Assembly: GCF_028368995.1 (NCBI RefSeq)
Contig: NZ_JAQNDL010000003.1
Coordinates: 2,720,001 to 2,784,000, forward strand
Length of the DNA stretch: 64,000 nt
Direction: 5' to 3'
From: Nannocystis bainbridge
GTDB taxonomy: Bacteria > Myxococcota_A > Polyangia > Nannocystales > Nannocystaceae
The position numbers and the translations under genes are program-made. Under the pieces are notes generated by a model. That model did no database searches and was not told the origin of the DNA. It saw nothing but the letters and a program-made list of their open reading frames with translations. Every line of letters starts with the position of its first letter. Position 1 is the stretch's first letter. This document shows positions 18,608-30,759 of this stretch, piece by piece.

Positions 18608-20077
18608 CTATGAGACGTCGGCCTCGATGCGCGCCACCAGCCGCTCGCAGAGCGTCTCCACGTACTCGCGCGACGCCAGCGCGCGCAGCCACGCCTCCGG
18701 GATCGCCGCGCGCCCGTGCATCGCCCCGGCCAGCGCCCCCGTGACCGCCGCCGTCGTGTCCGTGTCCTCGCCGAGGTTGATCGCTGCCAGCACGGCCGCC
18801 TCGTAGCTCGGGTGATTCGCCGCGCACCACAGGCTCGCCTCGAGGCAGTGCACCACATAGCCGCTGCCGCGGATCGCCGACGCCGGCGCCTCGACGATCG
18901 ACCCGTCGAGGATCGCCGCGAGCACCTCGCGCTCCGCATCCGGCACGAACGGCGCCAGCTGTTGCGACGCCGTCGTCATCGCCTGCGCCAGCGGCCGCCC
19001 CTGCACCACCTGCGCCAGCAGCAGCGAGAAGTACGCGCAGCACAGCTGCGAGCGCGGGTGCGCGTGCGTCAGCCCGCTGACCTCCATGCTGCAGCGAACG
19101 ATCTCCGCCGGCGCCAGCGCGCGGGTGAACAGCGACAGCGGCGCGATCCGCATCAGCGACCCGTTGCCGTTGTCGCGCTCGCTGCGGCAGCCCCACTCGC
19201 TCGCCGGGGCGCCGTGGGCGTGGCGGGCGATCGCGCTGCGCGTGGCGATGCCGACGTCGAACACCGCCCCGTGCGGCGTGTATGCCTGTCCCTTGAGCCA
19301 GGTCAAGAACCGCGCCATCATGTCGGGTGGGTCGTAGCCGTTGTGGATCAGGCTGTCGGCGGTGGCCAGCAGCAGCGAGCTGTCGTCGGACCACGTCCCC
19401 GGCGGCTGATCATACGTCCCGTGGCCGCGCACCCCCGTGACCGGGTCCGCGGACAGTTGCTCGCGGCTGCGGAATTCGACGGGGACACCGAGCGCATCAC
19501 CGACCACGGCCCCGAGCAGGCACCCGAGCATGCGCGCATGCGCGTCGACGCTTGCCGAGGGCCCAGGGTCGGCCAGAATCGCCGCATACGCCTCATGCAC
19601 GGCCCCGTCGAAGCACACCAGCACGACCCGCTCGATCGCGGCGTCCTCGGCCAGGAACGCCGAGATCGTGCGCACCGCGACGGCGCAGGCCTCCGCGATC
19701 GGGTAGCCGTAGATGCCGCACGAGATCGCCGGGAAGGCGATCGTGCGCAGCCCGTGGGCCCGCGCCAGCTCGAGGCTGCTGCGATAGCACGACGCCAGCA
19801 GCGCCTCCTCGCCGCGATGGCCCCCGTTCCACACCGGGCCCACCGTGTGGATCACGTGCTTCGCCGGCAGGCGATGGCCGCCGGTGATCTTCGCCTGTCC
19901 CGTGGGGCAGCCGTGGAGCATGCGGCACTCCTCGACCAGCTCGCGCCCGGCCGCGCGGTGGATCGCCCCGTCGACCCCGCCACCGCCGAGCAGCGACGTG
20001 TTGGCCGCGTTGACGATCGCGTCCACCGCGAGCCGCGTGATGTCCCCGCGAACCAGCTCGATCCGTCGCTCCGCCAT
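18608..20077 (-). CDS. Macrodomain (YmdB-like) fused to an ADP-ribosylglycohydrolase
   Basis: Macro part: [42 protein letters not shown] part: [31 protein letters not shown]. Confidence 0.93.
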   Translation of the reverse strand: MAERRIELVRGDITRLAVDAIVNAANTSLLGGGGVDGAIHRAAGRELVEECRMLHGCPTGQAKITGGHRLPAKHVIHTVGPVWNGGHRGEEALLASCYRSSLELARAHGLRTIAFPAISCGIYGYPIAEACAVAVRTISAFLAEDAAIERVVLVCFDGAVHEAYAAILADPGPSASVDAHARMLGCLLGAVVGDALGVPVEFRSREQLSADPVTGVRGHGTYDQPPGTWSDDSSLLLATADSLIHNGYDPPDMMARFLTWLKGQAYTPHGAVFDVGIATRSAIARHAHGAPASEWGCRSERDNGNGSLMRIAPLSLFTRALAPAEIVRCSMEVSGLTHAHPRSQLCCAYFSLLLAQVVQGRPLAQAMTTASQQLAPFVPDAEREVLAAILDGSIVEAPASAIRGSGYVVHCLEASLWCAANHPSYEAAVLAAINLGEDTDTTAAVTGALAGAMHGRAAIPEAWLRALASREYVETLCERLVARIEADVS

Positions 20078-20166
20078 CCCGGGAGTGTAAGCCCCGATCG
20101 CCCCTCCGGCCACCGGCACCGCCGCGCTTGCACATTTTTCAACCCTCGGTCAGATTCTCGACACTC

Positions 20167-20853
20167 ATGAAGGAGGCCCGCGTGCTGCAGCCGATCGACA
20201 CCAACTTGTGGACCGCCACCCAGCCGCTGCGCATGCTCGGCCTGCAGATCGGCGCTCGCATGACCATCGTCCGGCTCGGCTCCGGCGGCCTCCTGGTCCA
20301 CGCGCCGATCGGTCTGACCCCCGAGCTGCGGGCCGAGATCGACACGCTCGGGCCGGTGCAGGTCGTCATCGCTCCCAACTCGATGCACCACCTGTTCCTC
20401 GGGCCCTTCCTCGCCGCCTACCCGCAGGCGCGCGGCTACGCGGTCGCCGGCGCGATCGCCAAGCACCCCGAGCTGCAGCTCGAGAGCATCCCCAACAACC
20501 CCGACCTGCTCTGGGCCGGCGACCTCGACCAGATCGAGCTCGAGGGCGCCCCCAAGCTCGGCGAGGTCGCCTTCTTCCACCGCGCCTCGCGCACGCTGAT
20601 CCTCACCGACTGGGTGTTCTACTTCGAGCAGGCGCCCAACTGGATCACCGGGCTCTACCTCCGCCTCACGCGCGCCCTCGGCAAGCCGACCCAGACCGCG
20701 GTGATGAAGGGCCTGATCAAGGACCGGGCCGCCGCCCGCGCCTCGATCGAGCGCCTGTTGCAGTGGGACTTCGACCGCGTCGTCATGAGCCACCGCGACA
20801 TCCTGCCGGCCGGCGGCAAGCAGGCCGTGCGCGCCGCCACCGCCTGGCTGTAG
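20167..20853 (+). CDS. DUF4336-like protein (metallo-beta-lactamase-like fold)
   Basis: RMTIVRL..GGLLVHAP, APNSMHHLF, EVAFFHRASRTLILTD, WDFDRVVMSH. Confidence 0.85.
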   Translation: MKEARVLQPIDTNLWTATQPLRMLGLQIGARMTIVRLGSGGLLVHAPIGLTPELRAEIDTLGPVQVVIAPNSMHHLFLGPFLAAYPQARGYAVAGAIAKHPELQLESIPNNPDLLWAGDLDQIELEGAPKLGEVAFFHRASRTLILTDWVFYFEQAPNWITGLYLRLTRALGKPTQTAVMKGLIKDRAAARASIERLLQWDFDRVVMSHRDILPAGGKQAVRAATAWL

Positions 20854-20900
20854 CGCCAGGTCCTTCGCGGCATGTTCTCTGCGACAGGTCCCATGGGACA
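20845..20900. repeat. Four-unit phased 14-bp motif array spanning a stop codon, spacer and the next start codon
   Basis: TGGCT-GTAG-CGCCA|GGTCC-TTCG-CGGCA|TGTTC-TCTG-CGACA|GGTCC-CATG-GGACA. Confidence 0.75.
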
Positions 20901-21555
20901 GCCACGCACCGCCGCCGAACCCGAGCCGAGCCCCGAGGCGCGGCGCCTGGCTCGCAAGTCGCGGCGCCAGGACAACCGCCGCCAGCAGATCCTCCGCGCC
21001 GCCCGCGAGGTGCTGCTGGCGAGCGGCCCCGAGGCGTTCACGATGGAGCAGGTGGCCCGGGCCGCCGACGCCAGCAAGGCCGCGCTCTACTATTATTTCG
21101 AGGCCAAGGAGGAGGTCGTCGCGGCCCTGGCGATCGAGGCCCTGCGGCGCGAGGTCGAGGCCGTCAGCGCCGCCGTGATCGCCGCCGAGCGCGGCATCGA
21201 CGGCCTCGCGGCGCTGCTGCGCGGCCGCGTCGAGCACTACCTCGCCGACCCCGACTCGTTCCGGATCCTCTACACCTGGGCGCCGACGCTGGGCGCGACC
21301 CAGCGCCTGGTCCTGGCCGAGATCTTGCCCCTCACCGCGGTCGTCAGCCAGACGCTCGAGGCCAAGCTGCAGCGCGACCGCAAGGCCGGTCTGCTCCACC
21401 CCGACGCCAACCCGGCCCGCCTGTCCCAGGTCGCCTGGATCACCAGCCACGGCCTGCTCAGCTACGCGATGAACCAACCCCACCCGGAGCGCGGCGCCTG
21501 GCGCCCCCTGTGCGACGAAGCCTGCGCCGCCCTGGTCCGCGGCGCCACGCGCTGA
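20893..21555 (+). CDS. TetR/AcrR family transcriptional regulator
   Basis: ILRAAREVL..GPEAFTMEQVARAADASKAALYYYFEAKEE helix-turn-helix. Confidence 0.93.
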   Translation: MGQPRTAAEPEPSPEARRLARKSRRQDNRRQQILRAAREVLLASGPEAFTMEQVARAADASKAALYYYFEAKEEVVAALAIEALRREVEAVSAAVIAAERGIDGLAALLRGRVEHYLADPDSFRILYTWAPTLGATQRLVLAEILPLTAVVSQTLEAKLQRDRKAGLLHPDANPARLSQVAWITSHGLLSYAMNQPHPERGAWRPLCDEACAALVRGATR

Positions 21556-21795
21556 CGCAGCTCATGGCCGCGAGCCGCGGCGTCGTGATGCACTGCGATG
21601 AATGCTGCGCCAGCCCGGTCCGCGGCGCCACGCGTGACTCAGTACATCGCCGCGAACCGCAGCGTCGCTATGCGCTGCGACGAAGCCTGCGCCGCCCCGG
21701 TCCGCGGCGCCACGCGTGACTCAGGACATCGCCGCGATCCGCGGCGTCTCAATGCGCTGTGACGAAGCCTGCGCCACCCCGGTCCGCGGCGCCTC
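21511..21795. repeat. About 3.5 tandem copies of an 82-83-bp unit containing the 3' end of the TetR gene
   Basis: TG(C/T)GA(C/T)GAA...GGTCCGCGGCGCC starting at 21511, 21594, 21676 and 21758. Confidence 0.9.
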
Positions 21796-21899
21796 GAACG
21801 TCGCGTGCTCCGTCCCCCTGCCAGCAATCGCGCCTCTGAGGCCGCGGTCGCTTCGCCACGATCTCTTTCGATCTTCGAGCCCGCGAGGCGACGCTCGTC

Positions 21900-22682
21900 T
21901 CACGGCGCCAGCCACACGTCGCCGGACTCGACCCTGCGCGGCGGCCCGCCGTCTGCCAGCGCGACCATCAGCGCCCCGTCGTCGGCCAGCCCCAGCGCCT
22001 TTGCCTGCACCTTCGGGCCTGCCCCATTCGACATGTCCACAAAGACATCCCGATCTCGCAGCGCGCAGTGGGGCTCGTAGCGGCCGCGGATCGCCGCGAA
22101 CCCGCCGGAGAAGAACTGCTCCAGCGCGGCCTCCAGCGCCGGCAAGATCCGCCCCAGCACCGCCTCGCGGCTCGGCGTTGCTTCGCCCAGCTCGCGGCGC
22201 AGGCTCGTCGCCGTCGCTGCCAGCGGCTCGGGGAACAGCGACCGACCCACGTTGACGCCGAAGCCGACCACCACCTCGGGCGACGACCCGACCCACCGCG
22301 CCTCGCAGAGGATCCCCGCCAGCTTGCGGCCTTCGACCAGCACGTCGTTGGGCCACTTCAGCTGCGCCGCTGGCAGCCAACGCGACAGGCCCTCGCGCAG
22401 CCCTGCGCCCACCGCCAGCCCGAGCGCCCCGATCGGCTTGCCCGCGTCCGGCCGCAAGATCGCGCTGACATACAGGTCCTCGCCCGACTCCGACGCCCAC
22501 GCCCGCCCCAGCCGCCCGCGCCCCGCCGTCTGTGCGTCCGCGGTCACCAGCGCCCCGTGCGGCGCCCCGGCCCGCGCCCACGCCAGCGCGCGATCGTTGG
22601 TCGACCCGAGCTCGGCCCAGTGCTCGCGCGGGCGCCCGAGCCAGCGCGTCGCAAAGGCCATATTTTCGAAGGAGTCGCTCAC
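21900..22682 (-). CDS. birA: Biotin--[acetyl-CoA-carboxylase] ligase without N-terminal HTH
   Basis: STND, QTAGRGRLGRAW, LKWPND, KLAGILCE, GFGVNV. Confidence 0.94.
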   Translation of the reverse strand: MSDSFENMAFATRWLGRPREHWAELGSTNDRALAWARAGAPHGALVTADAQTAGRGRLGRAWASESGEDLYVSAILRPDAGKPIGALGLAVGAGLREGLSRWLPAAQLKWPNDVLVEGRKLAGILCEARWVGSSPEVVVGFGVNVGRSLFPEPLAATATSLRRELGEATPSREAVLGRILPALEAALEQFFSGGFAAIRGRYEPHCALRDRDVFVDMSNGAGPKVQAKALGLADDGALMVALADGGPPRRVESGDVWLAP

Positions 22683-22863
22683 GCCCGCCCCCCGCAGGGC
22701 ATCCGCCGTTGCGAGCCCCTGGACAGGCGCATCGTCAGCACGAACACCCTCGATCGCTCGAAGAATCTGTCCCTTCGGACATCCCCAGCGCTCCGCGCGA
22801 GCATCCGCGCACGCGGTCGCTCTTCACTGCACATGTCCCTTCAGACATGCCCCATTCACCGGC

Positions 22864-23727
22864 TCACGCCCACGTCCCGTCGGCGCGCTCGAACAGCAGC
22901 GAGATGTCCGCCGCCGGCACGCTGTGCGTCAGGCGGCCCACGCTGATCACGTCGATCCCCAGCTGCGCCACCGCGGCGATGCGCTCGAGCCCGACCCCGC
23001 CCGACACCTCGAGGATCGCCTTGCCGGCCGTGATCGCCACCGCCTCGCGGACCGCGGCGTCGTCCATGTTGTCGAGCATGATGATGTCGGCCCCCGCGGC
23101 CAGCGCCTCGCGCAGCTCCGCGTGGCTCGTCACCTCGCACTCGATCTTCATCGTGTGCGGCGCCACCTGGCGCGCGCGCGTGATCGCCGGCGTGATCCCG
23201 CCGGCCGCGCGCACGTGGTTCTCCTTGATCAGCACCGCCGCCCCGAGGTCGTTGCGGTGGTTGTGGCCGCCGCCGCAGCGGACCGCGTAGCGGTCGAGCG
23301 CGCGCAGGCCGGGCATCGTCTTGCGGGTGTCGGTGATCCTGCATCGACCGCCGGCCGCGTCGGCGTAGGCGCGGGTCAGCGTCGCCACCCCGGACATGCG
23401 CTGCAGCAGGTTGAGCGCCGTGCGTTCGGCCGCCAGCAGCGCCTGGGCCGGCCCCTCGATGCGCGCGATCTCGGTCCCGACCGTCACGCGCGCGCCCTCG
23501 CGCACGTAGGCGGTGAACCCCACTCCTGGCTCGACCCGGCGGAACACCGCCTCGGCGACCTGCAGACCGGCCACCACCAGGTTCGCCTTCGCCACCATGT
23601 GCGCGACCGCGCCCACCTCGGGGCTCACCGTCGCGCGGCCGGTGACGTCGCCGCTGGCCAGGTCCTCGGCCAGCGCCGTGTCGATGATCGCCGCCACGGA
23701 TCCGAGCTCGCTCCAGGGGTCACGCAT
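22864..23727 (-). CDS. nadC: Carboxylating nicotinate-nucleotide diphosphorylase (QAPRTase)
   Basis: ALAED..GDVT, ERTALN, DTRKTMPG, LIKENH, IMLDN, EVSGGV, ISVGRLTHS. Confidence 0.96.
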   Translation of the reverse strand: MRDPWSELGSVAAIIDTALAEDLASGDVTGRATVSPEVGAVAHMVAKANLVVAGLQVAEAVFRRVEPGVGFTAYVREGARVTVGTEIARIEGPAQALLAAERTALNLLQRMSGVATLTRAYADAAGGRCRITDTRKTMPGLRALDRYAVRCGGGHNHRNDLGAAVLIKENHVRAAGGITPAITRARQVAPHTMKIECEVTSHAELREALAAGADIIMLDNMDDAAVREAVAITAGKAILEVSGGVGLERIAAVAQLGIDVISVGRLTHSVPAADISLLFERADGTWA

Positions 23728-23836
23728 GGCCCGGAGGGTGCCACACGGCCCTGCCGCTCGCCACCGCCGCTGCGTCCGCGCGGCCGCGTCGTCCCCGGCC
23801 CATGCCGGCGCGCGCTCGGCATGTCCCGCTCGCCAC

Positions 23837-24517
23837 TCACGCCGCGTGCCAGCGCTCGATCGGCCAGCCGAGGGCGCGGGCGCGCCGGAGCAGGCGTGGG
23901 TCCGGGCTCACCACTTGCGGTCGGCCCACGCGCTCGAGCATCGGCAGGTCCGAATAGCTGTCCGTATAAAAGTAACTTCGGGACAGGTCGATGTCGTGCT
24001 CCGCCGCGAACTTCTCCGCCAGCACCACCTTGCCCGGCCCCGCGCACGCCGGCGCCACGTGCTTGCCGGTGAGGCGCCCGCCCTGCTCCTCGAGCCGGGT
24101 GCACAGCACGTGCTCGACGCCCAGGCGCTCCGCCAGCGGCTCGACCGAGAAGCGCGTGCCTGACGACAGCAGCGCCACCACGTGCCCGTCGCGGCGGTGG
24201 CGGGCCACGCGGGCCTGTCCTTCGGGGCAGATCCAGCGCACGATCTCCGCCTCGAACCACGCCCGCGTCTCCGCCTCCACCTCGGCCACGGGCACCCCTG
24301 CGTAGTCGCGGACCGCCTTGGCCGTCATCGCCTCGAGGTCGAGCAGCGAGAGGCGGTAGCGGACCACCCACGCCAGCGAGCGCAGCGCCCTGGCCGCCGA
24401 CATCTTGCCGGAGCGTCGCTGGTGCCGCACCCACAGCACCGCCGAGTTCACGGCGAGCAGGGTGTGATCGACGTCGAAGAACGCGGCCACGGTGCTCGGC
24501 TCGGGCCTGGTCGTCAC
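23837..24517 (-). CDS. HAD-IB family hydrolase (SerB-like)
   Basis: FFDVDHTL, LLSSG, FYTDSYSDLPML; GTG start overlaps the upstream stop (GTGA). Confidence 0.92.
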   Translation of the reverse strand: MTTRPEPSTVAAFFDVDHTLLAVNSAVLWVRHQRRSGKMSAARALRSLAWVVRYRLSLLDLEAMTAKAVRDYAGVPVAEVEAETRAWFEAEIVRWICPEGQARVARHRRDGHVVALLSSGTRFSVEPLAERLGVEHVLCTRLEEQGGRLTGKHVAPACAGPGKVVLAEKFAAEHDIDLSRSYFYTDSYSDLPMLERVGRPQVVSPDPRLLRRARALGWPIERWHAA

Positions 24518-25332
24518 GCGCGGAAGGTACTCGCCAGCAGCAGCTCCATCAACAAGTTGGCGCTCATGTGGAACAGGGCGGGGGCCCAGAGGTTGCCGCT
24601 GCGGCGCCACAGCCAGGCGAACACCAGCGCCGGGAAGAAGGTCGCAAGCCGCGCCGCCTGGGCCATGCCGACCAGGTGTCCGACCGCGAACAGGAGGCTC
24701 GAGAGGACCGCGGCCACGCCGATCTGGGCCCCGAGGATCTTGCGGCGCGGCGGGAACCGCTCCTCGAGCGCGCTCATGAGGTAGCCGCGGTGGAACACCT
24801 CTTCGGCCAGGGCCACCGCGAACAGCCCCTCGACCACTTGCAGCACGAAGCCGAGGCCGCCGTAGCTGGTCCAGGTCGCCGGCAGGCGCAGCGACTCCGG
24901 CCAAAAGCTGCCACTGTGGCTGCGGCACAGCCGCTCCAGATAGTGCTCGAGCCCCCCGGCCCACGGCGTCGCTTGCTCGACCCACAGCGCCGGTGAAAGC
25001 ACCCGCAGGTCGCCGGCGCAGACCTCGTCGTAGAACCACCAGAACCCGAGCATGAACGGCGGGAACACCAGCAGGCACGCGCCGACGGCCCAGCGGACCG
25101 CGCGCCAGCTCCACGGCGGGATCGGACCGTCCGGACCGACCTGGTAGCGGGCCTGGACCTCGGGTGCGTCGCGCAGCAGCCAGCCGGGCAGGAAGTAGAA
25201 CGCGGCCACCAGCGCGGCCCCGCGGACCATCGCCAGCCCAGGGACGAGGCCCATCACGCCATATGCGGCGTACAGGCCGCAGGTCGCGAGCACCGCGGTG
25301 CGGGCGCGCCGGCTGGCCTCGGGGGACGTCAC
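24514..25332 (-). CDS. CPBP glutamic-type intramembrane protease, MrtC-like myxosortase
   Basis: EEVFHRGY, FAVGH, TFFPALVFAWL, FHMSAN; multiple TM helices. Confidence 0.85.
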   Translation of the reverse strand: MTSPEASRRARTAVLATCGLYAAYGVMGLVPGLAMVRGAALVAAFYFLPGWLLRDAPEVQARYQVGPDGPIPPWSWRAVRWAVGACLLVFPPFMLGFWWFYDEVCAGDLRVLSPALWVEQATPWAGGLEHYLERLCRSHSGSFWPESLRLPATWTSYGGLGFVLQVVEGLFAVALAEEVFHRGYLMSALEERFPPRRKILGAQIGVAAVLSSLLFAVGHLVGMAQAARLATFFPALVFAWLWRRSGNLWAPALFHMSANLLMELLLASTFRA

Positions 25333-25357
25333 GGCGCGGGAGCTTACCTCACCGGTC

Positions 25358-25771
25358 TCAGCGCAGGCTGGTCGCCAGCTTCGTCAGGCGGCGGCGCAGC
25401 GTCTCGAGGTTCTCGACCAGCATGTCCACGTGGTCGAGCACGCGGGTGTCGCTGGCGAGCGCGTGGACATCCTCACGCTTGATGCGGGGGCCCTCGAGCA
25501 TCCGCAAGATCTCGACCAGATAGGCCTCCACGTGTCCGAGCGCCATCCCTGTCTCGCGGAGGTCGTCGTCGATGAACAGCACCAGGTTCTCGACGCCCCG
25601 CACGCCGGCGAGGGCGTCGCTCTCCGGGTAGTCGCGGGAGGCGCGGTCCATGATGCGGTCGCGGGCGCGGGAGCGGTTGCCGCTGCGGCGGCGCTCCCGG
25701 CCGTCGAGCTCGCGAGCCTCAGCAATTTCTGGACCAGCCGGGGTCAGGGGGGGAGCGAGTGACTCGGGCAT
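25358..25771 (-). CDS. Hypothetical helical protein
   Basis: GC3-biased ORF with amphipathic pattern; same strand as, and immediately upstream of, the protease. Confidence 0.7.
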   Translation of the reverse strand: MPESLAPPLTPAGPEIAEARELDGRERRRSGNRSRARDRIMDRASRDYPESDALAGVRGVENLVLFIDDDLRETGMALGHVEAYLVEILRMLEGPRIKREDVHALASDTRVLDHVDMLVENLETLRRRLTKLATSLR

Positions 25772-26103
25772 GACGGTGGCATGGCAGCCTTCGCGGCGGC
25801 CGGCAAGTTTTCGGCTAAATCCTCGTGCGTGGTCCTTCAAGGCCGATCCGTCGCGCGGCGGGCCCCTGCATGGGAGCAGATGTTCACGTCTTCGCCGGCC
25901 CGCCCGGCCCTGCGTGAAGATCCTTACGAGCGCGCGCAGGGCCTGGCCGGAGGAGTTGTCCTAATCTGTGCCGCTCGAAGCGGCCGGAAGGGCGCAGCGT
26001 GCGGTCCGCCGCGGCTGCGCCCGAAGTGCACGGGCCCGGGCGGCCTTCACAGCAGAATCAGCGGAAGCGGAAACCACGGCGCGCGCCGGCCAGAACCTCT
26101 GTG

Positions 26104-27987
26104 ATGATCCCCGATGAGAAACTGCAGGAGCTGCGGGATCGGATCGACATTGTCGATTTGATCGGGCGCTACGTCGGGCTCAAGCGGGCGGGCAAGAACT
26201 TCACCGCGTGCTGTCCCTTCCACCAGGAGCGCACGCCGAGCTTCTTCGTCAACCCCGAGCGGCGCAGCTTCAAGTGCTTCGGCTGCGGCGTGTGGGGCGA
26301 CGGCCTCGAGTTCGTGATGAAGATGGACGGGCTCGGCTTCCTCGAGGCCGCGCGCCACCTCGCCGGGCTGTTCGGCGTCACCTTGCCCGAGGGCCTGGTC
26401 GACCGGAAATCGAGCGAGCAGCAGCTCGAGCTCGAGAAGGCCCGCGAGATCACCCAGGTCAGCGCCGAGCTCTACCGCGAGATCCTCGAGAGCCGGCCCG
26501 AGGGCAAGCTCGGGCGCTTGTACCAGCAACAGCGGGCCATCAGCCCCGAGCTGGCCGAGACCTTCATGCTGGGCTACGCGCCCGCGCCGGCCGAGTCGGG
26601 CAGCTGGGACCGCCTGGTGCGCCACTTGCAATCCAAGGGCTGCGACCTCGGGCTGGCCGAGAAGCTCGGCCTGGTGGTGCGCAGCGACAAGGGCTCGCTG
26701 TACGACCGGTTCCGCGGGCGCTTGATGTTCCCGGTGCTGCAGTCGAACCGCAAGCCGATCGCCTTCTCCGGCCGGATCTTGCCCGAGTACGCCAAGGACG
26801 CCGACGGCCGCGAGGCGCCCAAGTACATGAACAGCCCCGAGTCGATGCTCTACACCAAGAGCAAGACCCTGTTCGGGCTCCACGTCGCCGGCCAGGCGAT
26901 GAGCCGGGCCCGGCGGGCGATCCTCGTCGAGGGCAACGTCGACGTCGTCAGCATGCATCAGCGCGGTTACGTCGAGACCGTCGCCCCGCTGGGCACCGCG
27001 CTGACGCCCCAGCAGTGCGGGCTCCTCAAGCGCTTCACCGAGACCGTGGTGCTGTGCCTCGACGGCGACAACGCCGGCCGCAAGGCGATCCGCGCCGCCA
27101 TCCCGATCTTGTTGGACGAGGGCCTCGACGTCCGCGTGGTCGCGCTCGACGCCGGCACCGACCCTGACAGCACCGACCCCAAGCGGCTGACGGCCCTGCT
27201 CGAAGAGCCAGGTTCGGCGATCGAGTGGCTCGTCAAGCAAATGGTGGCCCATGGCGCGCTCGACTCGATCGACGCCCAGGAGCGCGCCATCGCCGCGCTG
27301 CAGCCGCTGCTCGGCAAGGTCAAGAGCGACGCCGCCCGCGAGCGCTATGCCGAGCGCGCCGCAAAGTTGCTCAGGCTGCCGGTGGGGCGCATATCGTCGC
27401 GCCAGGGTCCTCATGGGCCACAAGGTCCGCAAGGAAACCGTGCCGCGCCCAGCCCGCCGTCTCGCACTGCTGCCACGTCGTCCGCGCCAGCACGGCCCTT
27501 GCCCGAGCTTCCGCGCCATCAAGTTGCGCTGCTCGCCCTGCTGGTGGACAACCCACACCTGGCTGACAAAGCCGAGCAGGCGGGTGTGCAGCACTACGTG
27601 ACAGATCGCAGACTCGCGCCCATCGCCGAGGTGGTGGTGCGGCAGGCCCTCGTCGGCGAGAACCCGACCGAGGGCGAGCTGCTCGAGCTCATCCCGCCGG
27701 AGACGCGGCGGCAGGTCCACGACGCGGTGTTCGTCGGCACCTTCCGCGACACGCAGGACGACCCGGTGTCGCTGTTGAAGGAGTGCCTCCTCGATTGCCG
27801 ACGCGAGCAGCTCAAGGCCGAGTCGCGGCGGCTCGACGTCCAGCTGCGCGAGGCGAAGGAGCGGGGCGAGCTCGACCGCGCCCGCGAGCTGTCGTTGAAG
27901 AAGATCGAGCACAGCCGCCTGCTCGCCAACCTCGACGAGCACGCTTTGATTCCCCCGCCGCAACCTTCATCGGGCCTGCGGGCCTGA
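26104..27987 (+). CDS. dnaG: DNA primase
   Basis: [11 protein letters not shown]...FKCFGCG zinc finger, [28 protein letters not shown] and DGDNAG. Confidence 0.97.
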   Translation: MIPDEKLQELRDRIDIVDLIGRYVGLKRAGKNFTACCPFHQERTPSFFVNPERRSFKCFGCGVWGDGLEFVMKMDGLGFLEAARHLAGLFGVTLPEGLVDRKSSEQQLELEKAREITQVSAELYREILESRPEGKLGRLYQQQRAISPELAETFMLGYAPAPAESGSWDRLVRHLQSKGCDLGLAEKLGLVVRSDKGSLYDRFRGRLMFPVLQSNRKPIAFSGRILPEYAKDADGREAPKYMNSPESMLYTKSKTLFGLHVAGQAMSRARRAILVEGNVDVVSMHQRGYVETVAPLGTALTPQQCGLLKRFTETVVLCLDGDNAGRKAIRAAIPILLDEGLDVRVVALDAGTDPDSTDPKRLTALLEEPGSAIEWLVKQMVAHGALDSIDAQERAIAALQPLLGKVKSDAARERYAERAAKLLRLPVGRISSRQGPHGPQGPQGNRAAPSPPSRTAATSSAPARPLPELPRHQVALLALLVDNPHLADKAEQAGVQHYVTDRRLAPIAEVVVRQALVGENPTEGELLELIPPETRRQVHDAVFVGTFRDTQDDPVSLLKECLLDCRREQLKAESRRLDVQLREAKERGELDRARELSLKKIEHSRLLANLDEHALIPPPQPSSGLRA

Positions 27988-28066
27988 TCGTCCGCGGTCC
28001 TGCGGGACCCGGAGCTTCATCTCGCCTTTGTCGCATACGCAGTCACTCCGAGGCCAGAGCAACCCT

Positions 28067-29914
<1,848 letters not shown>

Positions 29915-30122
29915 CAGCCGACGCCCGCGGACCCGCTGGCACGATGCGCCCCCGCGCGTCGTCCAGCGGGTCTCGCAATTCAGGCTCGCAGCCAACGCAG
30001 CGCCGATCTCCTGGCCCCCCGGCGCACAGTGACCTCCACGCCGCCGGGCGGCTCCGCGCGGCGGTGTGGCGTGGTTCGAAGCGCGGTGAGCGCATGCATG
30101 CGCTGCCCGTCGAACCTGCGCT

Positions 30123-30719
30123 ATGGTGAGGCCCTCCGTGTCGCTCGTCCTCCTCGCCTTCATGTTCCTCTACGGCGCCGTGCGGTCGGCCCTGTGGGCG
30201 CGAGGGCAGCTGCGATTCCGTCGTCTGCGCGCCCACCTGCCGCGGGCCGCAGCGCCCTGCGAGGCCCCGGCCCACCTCGGCGACTCGCTCACGCGACTGC
30301 TCGCGCGCAGCCACGCCGGCCGCGTGCGCCTCGTGGGCAGCGCGCGGCAGGTCGCCACGGTGCTCATCGTCGACCCGGACGTGGCCTTCGGGTGCGTCCG
30401 TGACTTTCGCTTCCGGCTCGCGCTGGCCGACGCCTGGACGGCCGCGAACGGGTGGCTGCACGCCTACGACGACCTCTCGGAGCACGAGCAGCGCCAGCTC
30501 GAGGCCTACGGCTACACCGCCCGAAGGTTCGGCGAACGGCGCGCGGAGCTGGGCGGCGCGGTGCGACGATGCGTCCGCGCGCCCGCGCTCGAGCCGTTCG
30601 CGGTCGCCGACGTCGAGGCGGTGCAGCAGCTCCTCCTGGCCCTGATCGGCGACCTCGAGGGCTGCGAGCGCGCGCTGCTGGCGAGCGCTCCGGACCACCC
30701 GTACCGCGCCACCGGCTGA
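30123..30719 (+). CDS. Hypothetical protein with an N-terminal TM segment
   Basis: ORF with coding-like GC3; hydrophobic N-terminus; ends HPYR. Confidence 0.7.
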   Translation: MVRPSVSLVLLAFMFLYGAVRSALWARGQLRFRRLRAHLPRAAAPCEAPAHLGDSLTRLLARSHAGRVRLVGSARQVATVLIVDPDVAFGCVRDFRFRLALADAWTAANGWLHAYDDLSEHEQRQLEAYGYTARRFGERRAELGGAVRRCVRAPALEPFAVADVEAVQQLLLALIGDLEGCERALLASAPDHPYRATG

Positions 30720-30759
30720 GCTCGTCCCGCGAATTCTTGAATCGGGTTAAGCTTCGGCC

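Noticed and set aside
21511-21795. Possible CRISPR array (repeat plus spacer of about 82 bp)
   Set aside because: The apparent spacers are homologous to each other and the unit derives from the TetR coding end.
26212-26225. Motif-like TGTCC-CTTC-CACCA in dnaG
   Set aside because: Largely dictated by the conserved CPFH zinc-finger codons, so not counted as an independent site.
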